DNA of 64,000 nucleotides from Microthyrium microscopicum (Eukaryota): NCBI GenBank assembly GCA_010405405.1, contig MU004246.1, positions 434,001 to 498,000 of the forward strand, read 5' to 3'. Shown piece by piece: positions 49,859 to 61,479 of this stretch (position 1 is its first letter; each line of letters starts with the position of its first letter). The notes under the pieces were generated by a model. It saw only the letters and a program-made list of their open reading frames with translations, ran no database searches and was not told where the DNA came from. The position numbers and the translations under genes were made by a program.

Positions 49859-50932
49859 TCATACTCTTCGAGGCTGCTTCAACAACTTCTCCAGCATGAC
49901 ACCCAGCTCTTGCCATCCAACTTTTCCTTTTGTCGTCCCCTTGAACTCTGCTGCCTCAGCATACAGCCGCGACACAACATCTTCGTCAACGCGGACCACA
50001 TATCCCTTGCCTGTGACCGTCGTCCACACCTTCTTCCCTCCCTCAGTCCCCATCCCACCAATTTCCCTCTCCACCACAGATTTAACCCACTCCTCCGATC
50101 TTCCCTTCATCACCACATCATTCACCTTCACCACACCCTCCCGCCCAAGTCGCTCTCGAACAACCTTCACCACCTCCCTCGCATCCTCTCGCTCCTTCTC
50201 CTCTTCCGCCTTCTTCAACTCCCTTTTAACCCTCTTCTCCTCCACAATCTGCGCCTCCACCTTCTCCCGTCTCGCACGCTCCTCAGCCAACTGCGCCTCA
50301 TGTGCTTCCGCCGTACTCGCCGCCTGCGCGCGTGCAATATCTCCTTGGGAGCGCAGAAATTCGTTGTAAGCGCGGATGTTATTTCGGCGGGCTAGACTCT
50401 TCTGCTTTTTAGCGCCAACGGCGCGCGTGCCAGTGTGGTCGCGGACGCGTACGTTTTGTTGGAATTGCGGTAGTTGGAGTGGTGGTTGGAGTTGTTGGGG
50501 TTCGTTGTTATGTGGTTGTGCTGGGCCTGCTTCTGGTGGAAAGTCGTGGCCGGCGAGGATGTGGGCTGGTATGGCTTCCCATTCTAGTCCTGGCTCTTCG
50601 TTGTCTGAGTCGGTGTCGGCGGGCGCGAGAGGGTCGAAGGGTGGTGGTGCGGGATTTGGTGGCTGCGCGGGAGGGATGTTGTTGGTGGGGGGATCTATTG
50701 GCTCTGCTGGTGGGTGTGCTGCTTCATTGTTGTTCGGTTGGTCTGGTTGGTTCGATCGTGATGACAGGAGGTTTTGGAGAGGAGAGGAAGATATTAAGTT
50801 TTGAAGCGAGAGTTGTGGCGCTATGTAGAGAAATGTGCAGAGAGCAGCGGAGTAGATGATGTCGTAAATTATGGGTCGCGTGGGATCTGCAAAGGGCAGG
50901 AGGGAGTTGAACTTCGACAGTAGAGATGCCAT
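49859..50932 (-). CDS. DDRGK1/UFBP1-like membrane-anchored coiled-coil protein with a C-terminal winged-helix-like domain
   Basis: N-terminal hydrophobic segment, VGAKKQKSLARR followed by a charged coiled coil, and C-terminal TGKGYVVRVDED...GKVGWQEL resembling DDRGKFIYI...GRVSI.EL. Confidence 0.6.
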   Translation of the reverse strand: MASLLSKFNSLLPFADPTRPIIYDIIYSAALCTFLYIAPQLSLQNLISSSPLQNLLSSRSNQPDQPNNNEAAHPPAEPIDPPTNNIPPAQPPNPAPPPFDPLAPADTDSDNEEPGLEWEAIPAHILAGHDFPPEAGPAQPHNNEPQQLQPPLQLPQFQQNVRVRDHTGTRAVGAKKQKSLARRNNIRAYNEFLRSQGDIARAQAASTAEAHEAQLAEERARREKVEAQIVEEKRVKRELKKAEEEKEREDAREVVKVVRERLGREGVVKVNDVVMKGRSEEWVKSVVEREIGGMGTEGGKKVWTTVTGKGYVVRVDEDVVSRLYAEAAEFKGTTKGKVGWQELGVMLEKLLKQPRRV

Positions 50933-51299
50933 TTTGGCGTGATGTTATAGACTGGCGGGTGGGAGAAAGTTGGTGGAAAGAAGTTGATGAAGTTCAAAGG
51001 TTGATGATGCATCTCCAAGTTGACATGTGGTTGACAGATTAAATGGCGCTAACCCGATATGTCATAGCATTGATCCCCCCTTTTCTGAGCTCCTGTCAGT
51101 TTCAGTCATCATCTCTACTTCAACCTTTCAGTCACTTCTTCATACACCTCAAATCAACGGCAGAATGGTTATTTCGATAGGAGAAAATAACACAGAATGC
51201 CCTCTAAACATGTCACTTGATGCACATGATCATCTTGATCAAAAGAGGGTACAGCATATAAGAACATTAATGTCAAAGCTATGGCTAAACAACAAGTTC

Positions 51300-52725
51300 T
51301 CATTTGCTTGACGGAAGCTTTTCGAACTCCATCTGTCCCTCATAGGGTTGTAAGTAGGCATCTTTCTTCCAGTCATGAGTTCCTTCAACAATACCAAAGT
51401 TGAAGGCCACTCGACTCTTCCTGCTTTCGTTGGCGGAACTGGTGTGCATAATGTTTCCATGCATCAGGATTAGAGTGCCTGCTTTGACCTCCAGCTTCTC
51501 ATACACATAGCCGCCGTTATCGTCTCGCTTGGGCACGGTATCATCAGTGGTGCCGTCAATCTTAGCGAACACTGGAGTATCAAGCTCAACAAACTCGGCT
51601 TTCCCTGTATCATCTCGTTTGCAGCGTCTAGTGAGCGGCTGAGATCGATGGCTTCCTGTCAATTGTCAGTATTTCGGACTTCAACGGGACGAGACGCAGG
51701 ACAATCAATGGATTTTGGAAAAGATATCTTACCTGGCGCTACCTGCAGACATCCATTTTCGATCGTCGTATCCTCCAAGGCATACCAGAAAGTGGCACAA
51801 CTGGGCGGATCAGTGAATCCGGAGCATCCATCCTGATGTGGAATCACTCTTGCGCCAACTTCAGCGGCTTTGACAATAACAAGACTCTGGGTGACTCTCG
51901 GATCCTTGTAACCTAAGGACTTTGCAATATCTCCATGGAAAGGATCTAAAACCGTCTTTCTGAAAGCTGGCATCACTCTGTGCACACCACATCCGAGGCG
52001 CTGGATACGCTGGAGCGGCTCGGCTTCGGGATTGAAAGCATCTACCAAAGCATGTCAGCAAGAGTTGTAAAGTATCTAGGTATATGTTGAAGTCACATAC
52101 GCTTTGTCAAAGTCGCAAGAGCTCGCCCTACTGGAGAGACATATGACTCTTGGCCGGGCACGTATAAATGCATCTGCACTTGATCACCTCCAACGGCCAT
52201 TGCCTTCGCAGTATCATGGACATTTTGAAGGAGAGCTAGAGTCGTCTCGGCAGAGAGTGCATCTGGAATCACAAGGTATCCATAGTTCTTCCAGAACTGA
52301 AGCTGCTCTTGGTCTAAGCCTCCTCGACATTTCGCGGAAGCTTCTCCACGTAATCTAAGAATCGGATTCGCTGTCAATTCCTCTCCCTTGAGCTCCAATG
52401 CAACGGTTTGAGTTGCCAGAATGTCGCTATTGTTTGCCGACGGGTTGGCGTTAGGGTTGTTATTGTTGTTCTGGTTGTTCAAAAGCAGTGCGAACAACAA
52501 TGGACCATCATCGTCACTTTCCATGTCAAGGTTCTCAGCCCTCTGATCGTCTTCAATAGCCACCGTTTGAGGCTCAGGTACTGCCGTTTTCAGTTCTAGT
52601 GCTATACTATCGGCAGCGAGAATATCAGAGTTGTTATTATTTTGGTTGGCTAGCAAAAGTGCCATAAGGGGACCTAGATCTCCATCGGACTTCTCGTAAG
52701 TTGTGATATGCTTGGCTTCTGCCAT
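51300..52725 (-). CDS. PhyH-family Fe(II)/2-oxoglutarate dioxygenase (PHYHD1-like) with an unusual ~136-aa repeated N-terminal extension
   Basis: EQLQFWKNYGYLVIPDAL, HQD iron motif, WYALEDTTIENGCL..APGSH and HG...HTSSANES..SR. Introns 52100..52042 and 51732..51656. Confidence 0.88.
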
Positions 52726-53397
52726 AATTTTGGTGCTATGGAAGAATTGAGACTTTTATTTGACAGTCGACTTCGATATGTCAAACAATGAAGACTTTTG
52801 GAAATTGGGGAAACAGTATGAATTTTAATGCGACGATCGGAGCCTTACGTCAGTCATTCTTACTTCTGATTCGTTCCAACCATACGATTGTTTAGGCATA
52901 GTACTAGGAGGAGCAGCGTAACAGGTACATATCTCAAAGGCGTTCCCCACTCAGCTCCTCTCTGGCCCAATTGTATTTTCGGACTGCCGCCCCAACTCAA
53001 TTTGAGCCTGTGGAGCTGCTCGCTAGTCAATTCTTTCAAGACTTGAGATTGGTAGTATGCCTATGGAAAACAACCACGTTTCATTTCCAATGGAACAGTG
53101 GGGGGATGTGACTGGATTGACAAGATCGCCCGCAGCAACGCATGCAGCATGCAAAAAGCCGATGAATACTGCCTTCTGCGGCAAGTTTGATTTCGAGGAC
53201 AAAGAATTAGTTGCTTTACTTTACTTTGGCACTACAGCGTCTTTACAGCGTCTTACGCCTGGCCAATACTAGACAACCACGTGGATGAGCATCTATGAGA
53301 GACTAAATCGAAAAAAATAGCATACAAAGGCCATAGGGAAGAACAACTTAAGAAGTTTCCATAGTGGTTTCAAGGATATCTCATTCAGTAACCTACA

Positions 53398-53894
53398 ATG
53401 TCACCTCAGAAGCAGCTACATATACAGCAGAAACACCACGTCGACCATGATACGATCATGAAGCGACTAGATGCGTACATCACAGCGTACAGATCAGGCA
53501 AGCCGGAAGCAATGATGGAGTTTTTCCATCCGGAAAATGTGGTATACTCTGACTTTGGTTGGTCCCCAAAATGACAAACATGAGAAAATGCTAAGATGCA
53601 TCCGCAGCCGCGGGACTTCATGGACTATCTCGTTCTGAAATCAAAGAGACTTACAAAAGAACGTTTTCTGAAATCCATGACGTGAATATCAAGACTCTCT
53701 CAGTCCATGGCCATAAGGATTTCACCGCTTGGGAATGGGAGGTCTTTTGCAAACCAGAAATTGATACGACGACTGGGGAGAAGGTTGGAAAGGAAAATTC
53801 TTCTCAAAAACATTTGGCAGGTTGCACTTTGATGTGGTGGCAAGACGGGAAGATTATAAGAAACCATGATTACATGCAAATGAAAGATGCATAA
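53398..53894 (+). CDS. SnoaL-like / NTF2-like fold protein
   Basis: Two exons (intron 53558..53607): YITAYRSGKPEAMMEFFHPENVVYSDF/AAG...FTAWEWEV...GCTLMWWQDGKIIRNHDY. Confidence 0.85.
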
Positions 53895-54785
53895 CATCGG
53901 TATAGAACGGAGAGAATTTCCATACTAATTGTAAAGGATACTCCAAATGAGAACAGTCTTCATGGCCTGGGCGTGCAGTTCGTGATACTTGGTCCCTGTT
54001 ACACTCTCACAGCATGGCGTACCATGAATAAGGTCATCCTGCTGGGCTGGATCTAGAGCCATGAATCACTTTTACAGCAATTTTTCCCTTCTCCTGCTCT
54101 TGAGTTTGAGTTAGAGCTATGCAGAGGTTCTCGTATTCTTGATGTTGCTGCCAAAGAAGATACAGAAGATTGGCTAAGTGCAGATTGGAACATCTGCGCT
54201 AGCCGGAAAGGTTAAGCGCATACCGGTATGGGTCGGGGCGAACCTTCCCCAGTCTAGCGGAAAGGTGTACCGGTACCGTATCCGATGGCATCTCATTGGC
54301 TTGCTTGTTGAATCCAGTATCTCCTTTTTTTTGCGTTTCGCAAGTCCCAACTCCTCCTCAACACCGCCTTCATCACCTTTTGTACAATTGCTAAATATCT
54401 CTGTTTGGCAAAATTGCTGAGCTACTTTCTTCAGTCGCGTTGTTGTTAACAATGGCATTCTGAAACCTTTTACTGACAGGACAAGGTACCGTGCAGAACA
54501 TTGATTGATTAACAGGCGCTCGTTGGCATGTACCTCAATAGGTAGTTACTTCTAAACTGCGAGATCACCAATACTTCATGGCCGTAATATATTACAAGTA
54601 TGATCTAACCCAGATATTCAAATCTACCCGCCCAACTGGGTATAGGTAGCGAAAGGAAGCCCAACACCAAGCTGTTAAACATAAAGTATCATCATCATCC
54701 ACAATGCGAATACGTCAACGTATCACCTCTTCAAAATGCTTTGTGGTCGAGCAATCTTTTGCTGTAAATCGTCAGTATACGACAG

Positions 54786-56107
54786 TCACACCATTACGAT
54801 TGTGCTTACCGTGCCAACTTCCTCCTCTACAATGTCCAGCTGTCTAGGAATGTTTGTACTCGACGTTGTATACAACTCTGTCGTCTTCACTATTCCCATA
54901 TCCCACTTTTGACCTGCTCCTTCTATGTATTCATCACTAGGAGATTTGTTCTTGGTCTCACTGCTAGTACTCGATCGTGGCATTCCAGTCTCTACCCGGG
55001 TTTTGTTGCCATAGGTGTTCTCCAGGGGTATTCCGTGGAGACCGGCCTCTGAGGCATAGTCTCTATGATAGAAGGGGTTGGAAGAATTATGATGGCTTCT
55101 GTTGCGGCGTGATCTAGCTATTTGCCTTGTCGAAGTTGGCCAGAGATAACCCATAACTGGAGCGAAAGTCGCCAGGCAAAGCGCGAGAATTCCGACGGCA
55201 GGTTCAATCATAGACCAGATTGCGACGTCTGTCGCAGCCCCTGATGATGTTAGTATATCAGGCAACGTACTTTGGATGTCAATACTAACAAGACCAATCA
55301 CCTCCAGCTCGCAAAGCCTCAGATGCCGGTATCTTGACCATCATGGAAATGGGCGCTAGCTGAGCAAATGCAACAACAGCAAATATCGCCGTCTTTTGAC
55401 AATGGGCCACTTTCACATCCTTTAGAATGAGCACTGGCATGGTGGCCAGAATGATATCAATGGTTGCTCCCCATGCTGATTGGAACAAGAATGATACCCT
55501 GGAGAGCCGCAAATGGCATTCGCCTTCCATGGTATTGCCTGCCGAATCCAAACGATCCCAGAAGTAGTTTATCGGTCGGCAACGGAATATTAGGACTATG
55601 ACCATGTAGATGGTGAACAAAATGTTGACCCAGGCGAAGGCGTAAACGACCCATCGTTGCCACGAACGTCGGACATGGCGCATGAGATGCTCGGCTGCAG
55701 CTATTCGAAAGAGTCCGATGCAAACAGTATAGAGGATATCGGCGTAGAACCAAGCCTGGGCAGGGTCAGTCAGTATGAACCGCTCTTCGACGTCAGCTTA
55801 GTTATACTTACATGGAAAGCATTTTTCAGTGACCCGATTTCAGGATCATGAATGTGTCGTCCGACACCCCAATATGCACTTGTAAGAACTAAAGCAACAA
55901 AGATGTTGAAGAGAACCTACAATAAGTCAGTACTCTCACGTCATGAGGCTCAAGGTCACATACCATAGACACCAAAAGCATGTAATCATCGAACCATAGC
56001 CGACGAGTGAGCTTCACCCGTACCAAAGCCCGGCCGAAGCATGAGAGCCATGTGAAGAGCAACGATATTGTCGCTACTGCGACGAGGGCTGGACCACGAT
56101 TCACCAT
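54786..56107 (-). CDS. PTH11-like (fungal rhodopsin domain) 7-TM integral membrane protein without a CFEM domain
   Basis: R..VR....LWFDDY, FRCRPINYFWD, IDIILATMP and WSMIEPAVGILALCL; multi-exon, with a cytoplasmic C-terminal tail. Confidence 0.88.
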
Positions 56108-58546
56108 TCCGCCAACATTTATGTCTCTCTTTTCTCGAGTCTTTTTGCAGTCCACTTCACTGCGACGGGAAAGAGCAGATGTTCACGCAACCATCAGAGG
56201 GTTTCAAGGAGAATGGAAAAGACTAGTGTGATGACCAAAACTGCCGCCCGAAAATAGCCAGGTCGAAAAACGGTGGTGTAAAAGATGGCAATATTTCCAC
56301 GGGTATGACAACTGTGAAAGTCAACGAACTCCTCCTCTGGTAATCTCTCGCCACCAACAAAGCTCGTCCGAAACCCGGTCAGTCAACATTAGGGTCCAGG
56401 TACATAAGACTTCCAATCCGCTTTCAAGTCCCAGCTTCCTCTTCTAGCAGATATTGTCAAAAGAAGTACCTACTACGAGAGCCATATCAATTACTCCATC
56501 TATTGCACCCCGCACAGAGCCTATCCCGTCACAGCATTGTGCCTGTCGAGCTGCATATTTCCAGACTTGTACAGCCGCTTACAGGCCCCTTATATTGGTT
56601 TTATATTAACATGCTATCTTGGCACTGCGCTCGTCATCTCCAGCAATTGCTGGTTCCTCTGAACTGATTCTCTATTGGTATACTGACAGTCTTGAACGCA
56701 CGTTGCTGCGTGGATCCCGTCCCAGCTGCTGAGCTGCGCACGCAGGCCAAGATGATGAGACCCAGGAACGGCTCTGCGGCCTATAGGCCAGATGGCTGTC
56801 AAATGCCCGATATTGGGCGTTGGCCACTTTGTTTGTTACAGCGCTCGTCGCCGTGGCCTGGCAGCACTACCCAGGTACTAAGTCAAGGGGCTCAATGTTC
56901 GCAGATATATTGGAATCGCAGGGATGGTTAGTCCAGCACCAATTCCTGCTCACACCGAATCTCGTCTCACTACTAGAGGTCAATACTGTTAGACAGAGAT
57001 GAGAGTTTTATGAGATTCTCCGTCGCAGGATCTACTTCATGGTAATGTGTACTTCCAGTGGCAATGGTATACAATACTGATATTCAAGGTTAAATTTTAT
57101 CTCATTTTTCGGAGCCGTTGTCTGCGCTCATTGTGTCTTAAAATCTAGTGAACTATCGAATACGAATACGATGCTGTAAGCCATTTATCTTGCAGTAGAC
57201 CAAAACTTCAGATAGCAGTAGGATCTTAATGGGTACTCCACAGGAGGCATGCATGTGCACAGGCATTTTGCTGATCATGCTTTTTATAGGAACACGTTTG
57301 AGGTTCCTTCGCTTTCACTGACAGGCAAATATATCCAAATTGGCGAATTATTAATGTATTGCTCGTTGAGGCTAGATGTAGCCTTGTCACGGCCTTAACA
57401 TCTTCTATATAGCACAACCTGCCAGAAGAAATTGCGCTGTAGAGCCAAACTTGAGCCTTAAAGAGAGGAGTTCACTAGGGCTGAATAACCCCGTATTTGT
57501 AGTCTGCTCAAATCCTTTCAGACACAATGAAGATTGTCAATATACCATAGTTGTATTAGCCAGTGAGCCCAGCTGTAGCTGTCTCTGCCCTATGCTATAC
57601 GGATTGGCATCTCCAATTCGAAGCCTTGTCATCCTTGTTCGGAGCTTCGTGTTATGGCTCTCATCAACAGATGATCGTATCTTGGGGAACGAACTATTGC
57701 CAATTCTGATGATACATCGATGAAGATGGGAACCTGTTGCCCGTGTGCCCATAACTATAAGAACCACTCCATGAAGAATAAAAAGGAAGTGCCGACCAGA
57801 AATGGCCAGTGTCTAATGTGCTCAAGTTTCAGAAGCATCATTAATTGGTAAGCTCATAGTGTTGATGATCGTGGCAGTGGCAATAACAGTATCACGGTGG
57901 TACAGATAGAGGAACTCATGTGCCGAATAGTGAGGCACTATGGTCTTGAGCTGAAGAGACAGAAGAGTCAAGTCGAGTACTTTTTTTCTTATTTGGCTTA
58001 GGTGTAATCAACAAGTGATTGAAGGACTTGAAGTTACCATGGCTTGCATTTTCTGCTTGTACCTGTAACTAAAGACAAATCAATCGCGGCATCATAGCAA
58101 CGGAGCATCATACAATATCCAGTTGTGCCATTATCTAAATGTTTCTAAGCCAAATCGAAATGTTGTCTTTGTGAGATCACCTTGCACAACTATTGCATCT
58201 TTGTCTTGCATAATCTTTAGATTATTTTCGTAAGACCAGCCTTTTCGCTGGAACACACCACAAATACCAATGTGATATCGATTTTCTTTGGAAAATAATA
58301 ACTTGTAAAATTGCATTCGATCTGTCTCATCATGCAATGCCTTGCAACCTGTCGTGCCTGTCCTGTCAAGCCTGTATCATCTGGATGCATCGTGCCGATC
58401 GTGAGGCGCAGCAAAACTGCCCCCAGTTTCGGCGTAGAGTAGACTGATCCTGCGAATCCTACATCATCTCATCCGTTTACTACTCTTCTCGGAATCAACA
58501 CACAAGCGTGTTTTGTGCCAAATATGAAGACACTGAGTGCGGGATC

Positions 58547-59971
58547 ATGGACTTTCCAGACCACGATAAGGGCGAGAAGACTCCACTTCTGACGTCGAAT
58601 CCGAAAAAGAACCCCCAAGCACCTGTTCGTACACAGGCAGCTCAACAATGCCTAGCGAAACTTCTCTCTATATCTCTAGCGATATCTTTCTTGACTTTTG
58701 TTTGCATTCTGCTGTACGCATGGCCTTATCAGTCCTCCCCCAGCCGAGCTCCTCCTTACAGGCCCGAGAAGCCGTTGATCCCCTTCCCAACATGTCCTGG
58801 TAGCAAACATATCATTACTCACATAGACAAGTTCCTCAACCCTCGAAGACTGCTTATCAATGAATCGATAACTGATCCAAATGTACGGAGCAAAATCCAC
58901 CTGGCCCGAGGCGCTGAGACGCAGGACGCTGACATCATTGTCGAAACGCAAATTGGATCACAGTCAATTCATAACTACAACCCACTGCAGCTCACCAGAA
59001 CAGAAAACGGTCTTCTCATAGCATCAGACGAGAATCAGGATAGAGATGATCCACTAAGACATCCTGCTTGTACCCAGGTTGCTATTATCGCATACATCAA
59101 CCCACGTATCGAGCGTATGAACCTTTTAGAAATCACCACTGTGGCCTCTTCCATCGAACTGGCGCATGGTGTTAAGCTCGAGACTGATCAACTCATGCTT
59201 TCTTCTAGTGAGAAAGATATCGCCTGGGCTGACGCTCCTGACTGTGTTACTGGGCAATATGCTGCCATACACAACCTGCAAGTGTCTACACGTAACGGCA
59301 CAATTTTTGGCAATTGGGCCCTTGATGCAAGCATGAAGATGAACAGTCATTCTGGGAACATCAAGATAGATTTGATACCATACAATTGGTCATACGGCCC
59401 TTACACAGCTGGAAACATCAATGTGAAGAGCACATCCGGGAATATCGATATACGTACGCCATTTCTCCTGGAGACACCTTCTCAGCGAAAATATATGACT
59501 TCGATCAGATCAAATACGGGCGACATCACCGGAGAGATTGTTCATGGAAGTGAAACGAACATCACGACAAAAGCTGGCTCGATTGAAATGGTAATGTTGC
59601 CGTATAACGTGTATCCAGACCATCGTAGTCAGATTCGCACCAAATCTGGAGGTCGCACAACACTGCGGATTCTGGTGCCTATCAAGGACAGTTATTGGAG
59701 CAGTCACGTAATGAACAGAACATTGAGTCGCCATGAAACAGGAGATGGAAATTTTTGGGTACAATATCCGGCAGAATGGTTGGGAAACTTGCGTGGAAAA
59801 ACCGATAACGGAACCATCAGTCTAAGAGGATCTTTCGACGACAAAAAAGACATATCGAACAGTAATCATACCGAAGCTATTTCTGCAAGAAAAGGCCAGG
59901 GAGGGAGTGATTTAAGATTCAAGGTTGGCAGCGGAAATGCTGAACTCATCATTGGCACGTCGTTTGGGTAG
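58547..59971 (+). CDS. Type II membrane protein with a putative adhesin-like (DUF4097-type) beta-repeat domain
   Basis: EKTPLL motif then a TM helix, followed by repeated (S/T)x(S/N)G(N/D/S)I units (STRNGTI, SHSGNI, STSGNI, SNTGDI, TKAGSI, TDNGTI). Confidence 0.75.
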   Translation: MDFPDHDKGEKTPLLTSNPKKNPQAPVRTQAAQQCLAKLLSISLAISFLTFVCILLYAWPYQSSPSRAPPYRPEKPLIPFPTCPGSKHIITHIDKFLNPRRLLINESITDPNVRSKIHLARGAETQDADIIVETQIGSQSIHNYNPLQLTRTENGLLIASDENQDRDDPLRHPACTQVAIIAYINPRIERMNLLEITTVASSIELAHGVKLETDQLMLSSSEKDIAWADAPDCVTGQYAAIHNLQVSTRNGTIFGNWALDASMKMNSHSGNIKIDLIPYNWSYGPYTAGNINVKSTSGNIDIRTPFLLETPSQRKYMTSIRSNTGDITGEIVHGSETNITTKAGSIEMVMLPYNVYPDHRSQIRTKSGGRTTLRILVPIKDSYWSSHVMNRTLSRHETGDGNFWVQYPAEWLGNLRGKTDNGTISLRGSFDDKKDISNSNHTEAISARKGQGGSDLRFKVGSGNAELIIGTSFG

Positions 59972-60234
59972 GAATCTGGAGACCAACATGAGATAGTGGA
60001 TATCATCATACCTCAACCTACAATGATTTACTTCGTTGAGAAGAAGGATTGCTTGCTTGATCAAATTAACTGCAGTCGGATCTTCTATTCCCCCGCTAGT
60101 TCAGCTATTTGTCAGCCCTTTATATCCACAATCCAACCGCTCACAAGTGCCTCCAAGACTTCTCAAGAGGTTCTACCTTCTAGAAGCCATTCATTCGCAT
60201 ACTCCAGCAGATCGAAACTTCCAAAAGCTTCAGA

Positions 60235-61327
60235 ATGTCTGATTTCCCCACGAAAACATCTCAATGGGTGATTGATTCATGCACTGGAACTTCAGGCTTA
60301 CAACTCCAACATGATATACCACTCCCGTCCATAGGGCAACATGATGTGCTCGTCAAAATTCACGCTGCATCATTGAATGCTAGAGATATCCAAATACTCG
60401 CAGTATGCTTCAATGCCTCACAAACAGTCCAGTTACTGACATCCCTAGAACAAGTACATGTGGGGAGTCACGACACCCGTCGTGCCTTTGACAGACTGTG
60501 CTGGTCAAGTCTTATCCATCGGTTCGTCAGTCACTCGCTTCAAAGCCGGCGATCGATGTGCATCGACTTTCCATTCTAAATGGATTTCTGGCAACATGAA
60601 GTCTCTTGCTCAGGTCTCACAAGTTGGTGCGCATACGGATGGTGTGCTCCGCCATTACGCTGTTTTTAACGAAGAAGAGCTTGTGAAGATTCCGTCCCAT
60701 TTGAGCTATGAGGAAGCAAGCACGCTCCCTTGTGCCGCAGTGACGGCATGGAATGCACTATTTGGTGGATCAACACCCTGCAAACCTGGAGACGTGGTGT
60801 TGACTCAAGGTAGTGGAGGAGTGAGTTTGTTCGCGAATCAGTTTGCGCGGGCTGCTGGAGCAAAAGTCATTGCAACTACTGGAGAGCTAGGCGGCGAGCG
60901 GGAAGCTGTTCTCGAAGAGCTTGGAGCGACGACCGTGTTAAGCTATCGAGACTCGGACTGGGGTATCAAAGCGAAAGAAGCAACAGGTGGACGAGGCGTT
61001 GACATCGTTGTGGAGGTCTCGGGAGCTGGCGAGCAGAGTGCGAAAGCAATCAGGCTAGGTGCGCAGATTATCGTTATTGGAGGATCATCTGGGAGTGGAC
61101 CCTCAATGTTCGACATGAGAAGCACAATGGGTGAAGTGAGGCGCATTACTGTGGGCAGTCGAGACATGTTTGAAGACATGAACAGGGCGATCGATGTCAA
61201 TGGTATAAAACCAGTATTGGATCCGAAGATTTGGGGGTTTAACGAAGTCAAAAAGGCCTATGAATATGCTGAGACGGGCAATCATAAAGGCAAAGTCGTT
61301 ATACGAATTGTAGAAGGCTCAACGTAG
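60235..61327 (+). CDS. Medium-chain dehydrogenase/reductase (zinc-type ADH-like, NAD(P)-dependent)
   Basis: VLVKIHAASLNARD, VPLTDCAG, EASTLPCAAVTAWNAL, QGSGGVS and H.GKVVI. Intron 60404..60448. Confidence 0.92.
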
Positions 61328-61479
61328 TGAAATCTGATATGCAAAAACAGCACACCATGAAGCATGTTTTCATAGACCGCAGCTTTGATAATGAACTGAT
61401 ATTAACAACATGGGTGAAGTTCATCTCGTACTTCGTATTATTACCCATGTATTGCACCTCTTTTAAGCTACTTGTCCTT

